Positions 37,784-49,893 of a DNA stretch of 64,000 nt are shown here, piece by piece; the first letter of the stretch is position 1; each line of letters starts with the position of its first letter. The DNA lies in assembly GCA_026914245.1 (NCBI GenBank), contig CP110439.1:8122001-8186000 (forward strand). Direction: 5' to 3'. The translations under genes and the position numbers were made by a program. The stretch is from Puccinia triticina. Taxonomy: Eukaryota. The notes below the pieces were generated by a model. The model worked only from the letters and a program-made list of their open reading frames with translations, made no database searches and was not told where the DNA came from.

Positions 37784-40700
37784 ATGTCGGACGCCACCGG
37801 TTCCAAATCATCACCGGCTCTAAACCTTGGAGTCGGTCTCAATGATGATACTACTTCTCCCAAAATTCAAGGAGCCAAAATCATCCCCCTCAAAGCCCCG
37901 GACTCCGAATCCAATTACTCCGACTGGGAATATCAAGTCACGATGATGCTTGATAACATCAACCTCCTATACGTCCTTCAACCGGTCAAGCCCGAGAAGC
38001 GCACCGCGAACTGGGCGAGGGACAACAAAGCTGTCTGTACTCTTTTTTCCCAAATAGTCGAACCCCCCAACTTTTGATACACCAAGCCCCATCGATCCGA
38101 TGCGGCAAAAACCTGGGAGGCTCTTCGTCTGGCTCATCAAGATTGCTCGGCCGGAGGCCGTATGTACTGGCTCCGCAAACTCTCCACCTCCAAAATGGAG
38201 AGTGATGACATGCTTTCTCATATTGATTCCGTCGCAAAAACGGCCGAACGACTTGATGAACTAGTAACTGAAGGAAATCCCCTTACCACAGACGAAATCC
38301 ACGCGACAGCTCTTATCAACTCCCTGCCGAGCGACTGGATCAACTGCATCTCCTCTCTCATGAATCAATCTCGAATCTCGGCAGACCAAGTCGCAATGGC
38401 TCTCCGGAACGAATATCTTCGCAGGAAGACGTACGATGGCGACAAACCAGTGGCCGTCTCCTCCACTAAAGCCAAAACCCCAGCCGGAAAATTCTCCTCT
38501 TCCAACTCTTCCGGTCGTGGCGGTCATCCCTCTCGCCCCTCTCCTCGCCATTGTGATTTCTGCAATGTGGATGGGCATGATCTCAATAACTGCAACAACA
38601 CCAAATGGATCCTGGCTGAGCACAAAGCAAGCCAAAGACCGCGATCAGATGCCAAGGGCCAAGACAAACGACCGGAATCCTCGACCAAGCCTATCGCAAA
38701 GGCTGGCCGCACATCCGCTGCAACTTTGGGCGGTTCCTCCCACCGGTACGATGAGGACGGCGAGTCCGACTATTCTGGCTCCGAAGTCAACGTCGTTGCA
38801 GGCAATGCGGTAGCCGCACTCTCAGCCTCGTCTGGTGCCTTCGCGGCCGGGGATGCCAACCTAGACTCCGGATGCTCCCTTTCGATGACTCCCGATGGTA
38901 CTGCTGTCTCCAATCTCAAGCCCGATCGAACCCCGGTCCGCCTAGCGGATCATTCAGTCGTCGAAGCTACCCACAAAGGCTCGGCAACACTGCCCATCGA
39001 CGGGGATGTCAAGGTGAAAACCCTGGTTGTCCCAGCTCTTCAAGAGCCCCTCCTCTCCATTGCCGCAATGTGCGACGAGGGGATCACAGCAGTCTTCACC
39101 AAATCATCCTGCGATCTCTATCGCTCCGACTCCACTACCATTACCGGCACTGTGTCGGGTCGAGGATACAGGCGAGGAAACTTATACTACCTCCCGGCGG
39201 AGCCTGTGAGCTCCCACTCTTCCACCTCACTCTCTCCCTCTCATATTGACAACTCTCTCCTCGGATATCACTATCGGTTCTCGCATCTGGGTCTGAAACC
39301 ACTCAAAGCACTGCTAAAGATCCACGAGATTGTCCCGTCCGTCATGAACGAAATCGACGTGCAGAAGTGCACCGTCTGCGTCCAATCTAAGATGCCTCGA
39401 AAGGCGTTCAAATCCAGGACTTCACATCGTTCCACGGTACCTGGCCAACTTATTCACTCGGACGTTGGATCCTACGAGGTTGTCTCACGAGAAGGATATA
39501 AATACTTCATTACTTTTATCGATGACTACTCAAAATTTCTCTCTATTTTCCCCATGAAATTAAAAAGCGATTCCTTCGCGTGTTTCAAACTTTTCCGTGC
39601 GTTCTTTGAGAAGAGTGGTGCCCACAAGATCCTAGCTCTCCGAACCAATAATGGTGGAGAGTATCTATCAAATGAGTTCAGCTCTTATTTGTTGTCGGTG
39701 GGCATTAAGCACGAGCCAGGACCTCCTCACTCACCGGAACTCAACGGAGTGGCTGAGCGTACTAATCGAACAATCAGTAACTTCGTGCGATCTTCTCTCC
39801 TTCAGGCTCGAGTCCCCAAATCCTTTTGGACCGATGCTCTACGACACTGGATCTTCCCCTACAATTCCTTTCCTTGCAATACGCCCGGTGGATTCCTTTC
39901 GCCCTCGTCGATTCTACAGGAACATGAAGTGGACATCAAGTCTCTTCATCCTTTTGGTTGTCTCGTATGGTACAAGGTACCTGAGGCGAATCGAAAGAAA
40001 CTCGACCAAAAGGGTTGCGCCTCAATCCTTCTTTCCTATCTCGCCGACGGTAATGGTTTCCGTCTGTGGGATCTCGAATATCGGACAGTTGTTAAGTCCC
40101 GCGATGTCATATTTCATGACTCAACGTTTCCTTACGGCGCAAAGTTGAAATCTCCGCCTGAATCAGTGACGGTCGAGCTCTCCTGGCCTCATTTGGAAAG
40201 GACGGCACCGACGACACAAACTGAACCGCCCCCCCAGCCATCCACTCCAAAAATGCTTCCTCAACCACCTCGCCCGTCGACTCCTGATCTCCCTCTGCTA
40301 GATATTCCCCTTCAACCTCGCTTTGATCGACGACTGACGGCTTCGATCCACGCACCAGGGAACACTCCGGACGTTCCTGACGCCAACCCTTCACCCAACA
40401 TCTCAGTCATCTCCCTTCCCCCACTTCGTGCTCCGCCTCCCTCCCCGTCCCCGGTTATTCAAGATCAACCCGCCCATCCTCCAAAGCCACCCACGCCGAC
40501 TCCCCCTTCTCCGCCGCCTCGTCGCCGTTCCGGCCGTGAACGCAAGGCACCCGACCGCTATGGCCAATGGTCAAAAACTGCGGCTGCTGATGCGGATATT
40601 GATACACCAAAAACCTGGCGTCAACTCCTCAAGTCTCCAAACAAGCAACGGTGGCTCAAGGCCGCCAATGACAAGTTCGCTTCTCTCCTTGGCATGCAGA

Positions 40701-42142
40701 CCTGGAAGTTGGTCCCCCGTCCGGACAAGCGGCGGATCATCAAGTCAAAGTGGGTCTTCAAAGTCAAAAGAAGACCGGATCAGACAATTCAGAAACTCAA
40801 GGCTAGACTGGTGGCCATGGGATACTCTCAAATCCGTGGCCTGGACTACGACGAAGTCTTCTTGCCCACTCTACGACTCGAAACTCTCCGCCTCATCTTC
40901 TCCCTGCTAGGTAGTCGGAAGTGGAAAGGCCGCCAAGTGGACTTCAAGACAGCTTTTCTAAATGGCCATCTTGATAAACCGATCTACATGGAACAGCCAC
41001 CTGGCTTTGAGGATCCTCAACACCCTGACTGGGTTTGCGAGGTAAGCCGGTCACTGTATGGACTAAAACAGTCCCCGCTTCAATGGAACTTGGAGCTCCA
41101 CAAAGCTCTTCTTAATCTTGGTCTGAAGAACTCTCAATATGACCCTACACTATACTTCAAAATTGATGGATCGTCTCTTGTCGGCGCGCTTACAACTCAC
41201 GTTGATGACTTGGCAATCGTTGGCAAATCTTCCTTCGTGGATTCTCTGATTTCGTCTCTTGGCAAACAGTTTAAAATTGGAGCTGACGAAGAGCTCAATC
41301 ACTTTCTATCCTTGAAGATCACCCGGGATATCCCGGGCCGCTATGTGTTCCTCAATCAGGGCCATTATATCTCGGAACTGTGCGATCGATTTCTGGACTC
41401 GAAAAATGTGTCCGTCTCAACCCCAACTGATACGAACTTCAAGAATCTCGGCACTCGTCAACCAGATGAACCCGTGTCCTTGGGCCCATATCCACAACTC
41501 ATTGGTGCGCTACTGTGGGTATCCCAATGCACACGTCCCGATATTTCCTTTGCTGTAAACCGCCTCTCTCAGTACCTTCGCGATCCGTCTGATGCACATT
41601 GGCACGCTGGTGTGCGTGTGTTGAACTGCCTTATATCGACCAAAGACCTCAAACTTCGACTGGGCGGCGATCTCAACTGTTCCGGTTACTCGGACTCCGA
41701 TTGGGCTGAGGACCGTGACGACCGCCGTTCAACCTCTGCCTACACATACCGCATCGGCGACGGTGCCATCTCTTGGAAATCAAGGAAGCAAGCCACAGTT
41801 TCTCTATCGAGCACCGAGGCCAAATACAAGGCCCTATCTGATTCTTGCAAGGAGGCTCTCTGGCTCCGTCATCTCCTAACTGAACTTCGCCTCCGACCAA
41901 ACACCGCAATTCCTCTCCATGTTGACAACGAAGGTGCGGAGGCACTTGCGAAGAATCCGGAACATCACGCAAGAACGAAGCATATCCACGCTTGTTACCA
42001 CTTCATCCGCGAATGTGTCCAAGAAAAGGACATCTCTCTCCTTCACGTCTCGACCAAAGAGATGCTGGCCGACATGCTTACCAAGCCTCTTCCCCGGGTT
42101 GCCCTGGAGCGACATCGTTCAATGTTTGGAATCGTCAAGTAG
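37784..42142 (+). pseudogene. Copia gag-pol with one in-frame TGA (38075) and catalytic substitutions
   Basis: CDFC..H..C knuckle, DSGC protease, HHCC, IHSD/RTNNGGEY/GVAER integrase, KARLVA/HVDD RT, SDSDW/STEAKY RNase H. Confidence 0.93.
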
Positions 42143-43107
42143 CCAATCAATCTGTTCTCTCACTTCATACCTTCCCCCCATCCTTCCCTTTTCCCCGCTT
42201 TCCTCTCTTCCTATTTCTCTAACATTTCTCTCAAATCTCTTTCTGTCTCCTTTTATATTTTTTTTTCTTTCTCTCTCTTCTCATTCTTCTCTGTTTTCTC
42301 TTTTCATGTCTTCAGCAAGGGGGGGTGTTGAGCTAGTCAATGTTGTCTACATTTCCTTCTCTTTTTCTGCTTCATACATGTTGTCTCCATGTCACTCACA
42401 TTTCACACATTGTAGTTAGTCTACCTGATGCAGCGGGCGTGGAAGGACTTCTCCCTCATCCTTTCACACTCATCGTCACTCACCATCGCCTCGTGCCCGC
42501 TTCCATCAGTCTGAGTTTAGCTCATCACTTGTGACCCATCCCAATGCTGTGCTCTCGTTATTAGTAAGTCCTCCGCCTAACAATCTAACTATCCCTTGCA
42601 AGCTGCTAACGATTCCTTTGAAACTAGTGCCGCAAGGGTGTCGCCGGCTTTACTATTGAGGCGAGGCCGGAAGCGCACGACTCCGATACTAGGACCCCTA
42701 CCGATCCTGGGAGCAGTACCGATCCACCCATCTGTACGCACCCAGAAGCGCCCACTCTCACTAGTTCTTCAAAAAGACGCCGTGCCGAAGTCCCATTGCC
42801 ACCAAAGGACTTCACCATCTGCCAATTCCTGGTTGTGTGCAACATCACCCCCAACTCCGAAGAGTACGACGAGATCCTCCAGGTCATTACCAAGCATCAG
42901 GTAATCCACTGGACTGCGTTCAAGGATCTTCCACTCAGGAACTTCATCGATCTAGGCTTCAAGTGGGGGCCGGCTTGGTTGCTTTTGAAGGGTTTGCGCA
43001 AGGCTTGCGCGATCATTGAAGACCTCAAAAACAACAACAATTGGCGTGATTGACCCGTTTGAATTTTTCTATCTACTCCGTCCCCGATTGATCTCTTTCT
43101 CCCGGAA

Positions 43108-44427
43108 TTACTTGTCTATCCCTCTTGCGCAAATAAAAGAACCACCTGATGAGGTCATAATTTGATCATATTTCAGGCGGAAATATGATACTGGGATTTC
43201 TTCAAGAAGGTGGTGGGTATATGGCAGGTCCGCTGGAACCAACATCTGTGTCACATTGATCCTGACATTGTTGTGGATTTCCACAACATTGCGATATTTA
43301 GGCCTGACACATTTGGAGTACAAACAATTGTTGTATTTGTAAAAATATACTGGAATCATTATCAAATCTGGTCCATGAGATTGGCACACTGTGACTGGCT
43401 CATATATATAATAATGCTTGTTCTGAGCTTCAACCATTTGCACTCGGCACTTCCGGGGGAGCTCCTCCCTCCATTTGATACTTTGACTCAGCGCGTAGAT
43501 GTTTTTACCCTTTGGGTCGTGAGGGTAAAATTCCAAGTGTTTGGAAACAAGAGGATTGGCCAGTTCCTGAAAAATTTACACACGGACATCATCAGCCTCT
43601 TGATCATCAGTTATACCCAAAGTCATACACTTGTATTACCCCAGCTATGAGATTCTTCAAGCTTAACATATAAGTCTTGTTTTGGAATACAGAGATGTTT
43701 TGCTTGATTTCATATTTCAATATGTTGTCACAAATGCGGGTCCTTGCTCTCCTGATTGTGTCCCAGTGGGGAAGATCCATGTTGCACAATAATAATATTG
43801 ACCGGATCTTATCATACATCTGTGAGGATAGGATTGTATGCAAGTGGCCCAACATCAGGGTCCCAATTAAGTACTTTGAAGCCCACTAAATAAAGTCATG
43901 ATCAGCCAATAATTCCCCGTTTTCAATACATAAGATGCAACACATACCTCCTTGTTGGGGAAAGGGTACCAGGGACTATTCAGATCAACTTGGTATCTAT
44001 TTTGAGTAGAATTGTTATGTGCTTGATTTAAGTATGCTTGAATAATTGCTTCCTCATCTTCAAAAAAATCATGCAAGTCTAAAATGCAATCAGAGCCAGA
44101 ATTGGATGAAGACTCATCATCTGCTTCATGGCCAAATTCTGCAGGTTCCATTTGATCAATGTTCAGTGGTAGGGGTCCTTCTTGTTGAGGAGGGAAATGA
44201 TCAACAAAGGCCCCATCTTCCATGTCTATCTCTTCCCTAGTGGGACCTTGATCCACTGCTTGAGGGACATGAGGAGGTGTGCGTGGCCTCATCAGTGCTT
44301 GAATATGAGTCCATTTATCCACATGCCCTCGAGATCTCAGGTGGGCTGGAATATTCCTTGGAAGACATGTTCGATCCCCACAAATCAGACACCTGTATTT
44401 CACCAGGCCATTCCTAGGGGGCAACAT
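43108..44427 (-). pseudogene. N-terminal part of a basidiomycete EnSpm/Plavaka-like transposase with C2H2-type finger; 3'-truncated; 3 exons
   Basis: CLIC..H....H, PWYPF, ELANPLVSKHLEFYP..SQSIKW..QMV..HYYIYEP; no catalytic domain downstream. Confidence 0.6.
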
Positions 44428-45047
44428 TTCAAAGCCTAAAGGTAAAATCAATGGATAGTCAAATATGGGTGAAATCATACAAACAAATTCAACATATTTC
44501 AAACCTACCAGGTATATCAGACATGGCCAGGCCAATTATATTTAATGGGAGGCCAATTTATATTTAATGGGAGGCCAATTCTATGTTGAAGGGGACAGAG
44601 GGGAATGGTGTTTTTGGATGGGCAAGAGAGGCAGTTATGAACTTGTCCAGCTCCGCACGTGTCCAGCGGCGCGCGCGCAGCGCAGCCCCCCATACCCCCC
44701 GATCCCGATGGAACTTGTTTGATCTCCGACCAGGTCGGATATCAAACAAGTTCTGACTTCCACGTATCCCCTGGGCCAGCCACTTCCCCCCCCCCCCCCC
44801 CCCCCACACCCGCAGATCCTGACATTCGAACCTCCCTCATCTGGTTGCAGTCAGCAACCTCTCACTCATCTGGACGAAGTCGGTGACCTCGCCGACACCT
44901 TATACCCGGACGATCCGTCACTGGACGGCGCTGATATCTCCACGTCTCCGGGTTCCCTCCTCAGCGGTATGTATGTACTCCATTACCTTGAGCCCCTAAC
45001 CCTCCAATCCACTTGATTCACTAGCCCGTTCTCACCTGTTTCAGATA

Positions 45048-46911
45048 ATGGAACCCCCGCCCAATCCTGCCCCCAGCGTTATACTCCGACCGGACGCAAA
45101 CGGTAATTGGCCTATGCCAGGACCCGAAGAGTGGCACACGATTCAAGATGAGTATCAACCGGATCTCGCGAGAGGCCCGATCACGCCGAATCCGGCCATA
45201 GGACCGACCCCACCGACCCCACTGGCCCAACCACACGCATCACACACCCCGTTAGCACCCGGATACCCACAACAAGCCGGATTTCCCCAGCCCGGCCCAA
45301 TCCATTACCAGCCAGGCAGTAAGTCCACATGGCCCTAACGCCTCCCCCCCCCCCCCCTCCTCATGATGTGAATACTCAAGCACGACACCCCAGCCCCCCC
45401 CCCACCCGACAGGGCCCCCATGTCCAACCCCATGTCCAAACTGATTCAGGTGGGGCAGGACCCATCCGCCATACACCAGCTCACCACAGCCCGGCTCCCT
45501 ACCACACACAAGGACGCCCAGATGGCACCCCCACCGCACCCCGCGCACAAGCGCCGCACTCGCCCCCCCAACCGATCCTTGGATCAATCAGCGGCTCGCC
45601 GGCCCCGGGAGGCCCAGCCCTCCATCAGCCACCGCCACTCACCAGCAGCCCGGTCCCATCTGAACGCCGCCCCTTGACTGCTGCAAGTTTGCAGTCTGGC
45701 CAATCCGGCTTATCTTCCGCAGCGGTTTGGCCAGACACGCTTTCCTTTGTAAGGGAGCATGTTGGGATACTTCGGGCTAACATGAGCAACTCCGAGGACT
45801 TCATTCAGGTTGCAACACCTATGTTTGATGTAAGTACAATGTATCCACCCCCCTGAGCAGACACTAATTATCCCGTTCCCAAATTATCCCATTCCCACAA
45901 GATCCCCGAGCACGAAAAATGGCCGGCGGCCATGGTCTTAATCCTTGCCGGCATAGACCACATGCAAGGTGAAATCCTCAGCAAGTTTGGCGCCGTCAAA
46001 AACATGCAAGCCGGCTTAGTCAGCAGGATTGTGGCCGAGCTGAAACCCCAGGCCAAGGACGGGGCCCTGGTTCCCAGCAAAGCCGAAGCGGGTGCGAGCG
46101 CCGAGACGCTCAAGGGGCTTGTACGTAACAACCTCCAAATAATCTTACTTGATGGGACCCTTGACGCCTATGGACGGGTGGCAAATCGCAAGCTAGCGGG
46201 GGCCGCCACCCCCTTTTTGGCCATCAAAGTAAGTCTAAGTCTTCCTATGGTCGCCCTAACCCGGGAATCAGCGCTAATCAAATGAGTTTCAGGCCTTGGT
46301 CAAGACCCAGGATGAAAAGTTCCTTGCCCAGTTCCCGCTGGACTATGTAGACAATGCCGCCTGGAACGCACAACTCAATACAATTATTACTAACGTCCTG
46401 AAAGCCGACAAGCACAAGCTTCTCTCCCTCCTCCAAAGCAACCTACCCACCACCGGGGCCCGTCCCCGTCTTGGCGGAGATGGTGGCCAATGTTTATTTG
46501 GGCATGCTAACTCGGTTCAAGGATGTCTGCCCCATCCAGATCAATTGAGAAGTGAAGAAGCCCGCCCAAGCTCGTCTAGCTCACATGCGAATTGTCCTCC
46601 ACCTCAACCGGATTGCTCGAAATGACCAAGGCAAGAAGCACACCTTCTGGACCCAACTCGACTCAGACCTTGCCCTGCGAACAGGTAAACCCCCGATGTA
46701 CAAATTTGCGTTTGCCCGGCTCATCCTTCGCAAGGACAAGGCCCTCTGGGATGGCATCAATACCGTTGACAGCATCGGCGAGGCCGACTGTGTCCTGCCC
46801 ACTGAGCCGGAAATGAAAGAGGAAATTGCAAGCTACCTTCGTAGGCAGAGCTGCGCAGGCGCGGCACCTACCGCAGACCCAGGAGAAGGCATGGATTTAG
46901 CGGAGTTCTAA
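45048..46911 (+). pseudogene. Second passenger gene of the CMC-like element: Pro-rich N-terminus, helical C-terminus; multi-exon and frameshifted
   Basis: ORFs 45048, 45329, 45932, 46296 and 46552 linked by GTAAGT..CAG introns and frameshifts. Confidence 0.6.
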
Positions 46912-49465
46912 CTGATTCAATGGTCCTTATCCCAATCCCATCCCAAAGCCAGATCCTCCTATCATCCCTCAGTTACTAACCAATATCCTCCCTCAGATTG
47001 ATTATATAAATGATGCCATACGTAGTTTGATAGTTTATCCTCCCTCAGATTCCCACCTCGTTTTTCCTAACATTTCTCCTCCCTCAGTTACTATCCGATA
47101 TCCTCTCTGTGATTGCTTATATAAATGACGCCATCCATATAGTTAGTGAGAAGAAAATGATGATAATGTATGCAATGTGATTCCCCTGCAATGATTTCTA
47201 AAAATAAAAATGATTTCTAAAAACATTGGGTGCATAACGTTTTGAGAGAATCAAAACGTTTTCCCATTTGTAATGAGCGAGCGAGAAAATTTTATGCGGG
47301 TTAAGAGGAAGTTTCTCAGAACTTCCTCTTAAACCGCAAACTTTTCCAGTTCAGTTCGCGGGTTTACAGAATGTTTCCGTAAACTTTTGTACGTTATGGA
47401 AACTTTTTCAATTGAGTTGGAAAAGTTTCCCAAAACCTTTGCAATTCTGGAAAACTTTTTCAATTGAGTTGAAAAAGTTTTCATGGTTGTCGAAAAGTTT
47501 TTCCCGCAAAGAAAAAGTTTCCCCAACCACCTCATAACCTTTTCTGGAATAGAAACCAAATGTTTACCGAATGCGAACTATTTGATAGAAGTCTTGGAAA
47601 ACATCTCAACTTGGTTTCCGCCGCGAACGGGACCTGACGTCCAGTCTGAATTCTATTGAAAACTTTCTTGAGTGGTTTCAAATACCACTCAAGAAAGTTT
47701 GCTTGCAGCCGTGGTGTAGTGCTTGGCCCAGGGCCACACACACTTGCTAACCTCAGTCCCTCTGTTCGAGGGGGGGCGCTGTCCGCAAGAACTCTCCGAA
47801 GGATTGACTTAGCTACGTTAGAGTAGAAACACTTGCTTCTGCTGTAATCTTTCCATCATCAGCAAGGTTAAGCTGCTGCCAGTTGAGCAAGTTTAGGCCC
47901 CGTTTGGCAGCAGTGATGTTATGTAATAACCACTGCTTTTCTATAACCAAGCCTCACCGAGGCCCATATTGTATCACTCGCATGTTTGGCAGATTTGAGG
48001 AGTTATGAGGGTCATCACGAGTTTCCTCATCATCCCCGCCATTTCCAATATAGTACCCCTGGGGGTGTATTTGGGGTGATATTGGCACCCTTACACGACA
48101 CACAACCAACTCCACCTCTGTTACTCACCTCAATGGCCGGTACAGACTTTGTACCGGTCACCAAGCGGAGTACACACTCCAATCAATGGAAACGGTCATC
48201 GAGATTGATGACCGATCCAACACAATCGGCCATTGATGACCATCGGTCATCAAAGGGACTATGTATTCTCCTTGATGACCATTGGTCATCGAAGGGACTG
48301 TGTACAGATTCTCCTTGATGACCATTGGTCATCCAAGGGACCATGTATTCCCATCAATGACCAATGGTCATCGATGGGACTATGTGTTCCCCAAAAGGGA
48401 CTCTGTATTCCCTTTGATGACCGTTTACCAGCCATTGTCGAGAGGAGTTAAACACTCAATTGGCCTTGCCGGTATGTACGCTTGATGGCCGGTATTTACC
48501 GGCCATGGAGCTTGTTAGAGCATCCTTACCGGTGACTAGTTTAGCTCGAAATTAGCTAGTTTAGCCACCAATCTCAACCACACCGGTGTAGTGACCCCTC
48601 CCGTGGCCAGCTAGTCAGAAGCATCGCCGCCGCCAGGATTGTCATCAAGAGTCCAGCTTTTAATTTCATTCCTCAAGTCTCAAGAAACCTCAAGACCCTC
48701 AAGAATTCACCCTCTCCCCATCTCTCCTCATCTTTCACCTCTCTCTTCCATACTCCTTTCCTCCTTCCTTTTCCATCCTTCCATCTCACCTTTTTCTCTC
48801 CTTCCCAGTCCCCTTCACTTTTCTTGGTCCTAACACAGCATCTGCTGTGGGTTTATTCTCTGGTTTGTTTTTCTTTCTCTTCTTTTGTTTTTGTCTGTCT
48901 GCTCTTTCCTATTTTCCTTTTGTTTTTTTTTCTTCTTCTTTGGTTCTTTTCTTTCTGCCTCAGATCACTGTGTTTCCTTGTTTTATTGTGTTGTGTTTCC
49001 TTCTTTCCTGCTTCTCTTGTTTGTTGTGTGTGTGTGCGCGCGTAGCGCGCGGAGGATGTGATGAAATGTATGTGACATGTCACCCTGAGTCCAAGTTCAG
49101 CGCGAACTTGGATGATGGGTGGCCATGGCATTCTGATCCCCAGAATATGGACCATCAAGATTCAGAGATCCTATCTTCAGAGTTCAAAACCTTCGAGCGC
49201 AGCTCGCCAATCATCTTTTCATCAGAGTTTCTGAGATCCCTTCCTTCCCTCTCTTTAAGATCACACCTCTCATCCCCTCAAAACAAAACAACCGCCGCCG
49301 AGGATCCAAACCCCCGGCGAACATCTCAAAACCACCCCCAACACCACAGCTATCCCGATTCCTTTCAGCGCTCATCTCTACGGACCACCGCCACAAGGGC
49401 AGCCTAAACAGCACTTCTCCCCTCACACGACTGCCGCCGCTTAGCACGGACAGGAGTCCCTCTTT

Positions 49466-49516
49466 TGGTCCCCTGAGCCGGGATCAAACCAGCAACCTCA
49501 AGATTTACAGTCTTGC
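49466..49516 (-). pseudogene. 3' ~50 nt of mature tRNA-Tyr(GTA) with CCA, forming an extended Gypsy PBS
   Basis: Minus strand reads caaga-ctGTAaa-tcttg aggtt gctgg-tttgatc-ccggc tcagggg a CCA. Confidence 0.85.
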
Positions 49517-49893
49517 TACTGTGGTTTTGAGGCCGTTTGGCAGTTATATTTCCTTTCTTTCTTTCTTCATATTTTTGTCTATCCAAAAATCCTAATAATC
49601 TCTGCTGAACCTATTTGGTTCTTCTCTCTCCTCAATTTTCAAGTTTCAACCGCTCCTCAAGACGGACTAGTCCTTGTTTCAGTGGATCAAGTCGTTTCAG
49701 GATTGTTTGAATTTCTCCTCTCTTTCTGTTTCTTTCTTAAGGTTCAGCGGCGGGGCACTCGGGTTGTAGAAGTAAGTCCCCACCACATTAGTTGCACCTC
49801 CGAAGTTCTACCATCTTTTGTCAAAAAACATCATTGCCACTCTGTGAGCCGTCCCTGCACCGTTTGCAATCTTTTCCCTAGCTCTCATACGAC

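Larger units (their letters stand above)
37475..42527 (+). mobile_element. Full-length Ty1/Copia LTR retrotransposon; 202-bp LTRs (37475-37676, 42326-42527); TSD CTTGT
   Basis: Apparently identical TG..CA LTRs; PBS ggttatgagccc; PPT gcaaggggggg; PR-IN-RT-RH order. Confidence 0.97.
36927..43053 (+). pseudogene. Passenger gene of the CMC-like element with a C-terminal SAM-like helical domain; disrupted by the Copia insertion and a TGA at 37116
   Basis: ORFs 36927 and 37137 are in frame; the frame continues after the TSD at 42528; C-terminus FLVVCNI..IHWTAFK..GFKWGPAWLL. Confidence 0.6.
34763..47716. mobile_element. Large CACC-ended CMC/EnSpm-like DNA transposon (~13 kb with nested inserts); TA flanks; three genes
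   Basis: TIR caccacggctgcaag / cttgcagccgtggtg; several hundred bp of AAAAGTTTT subterminal repeats at both ends; transposase-like fragment inside. Confidence 0.8.

Noticed and set aside
48639..49447. Hydrophobic ORFs resembling membrane or Env proteins (also 3730-4351, 5545-6239, 56180-57087)
   Set aside because: Low-complexity T-rich LTR sequence.
49752..49850. Four-copy Gypsy motif as a TPP riboswitch or a pistol, hatchet or twister-sister ribozyme
   Set aside because: Only short words match; the full consensus order and topology were not recognisable by eye.
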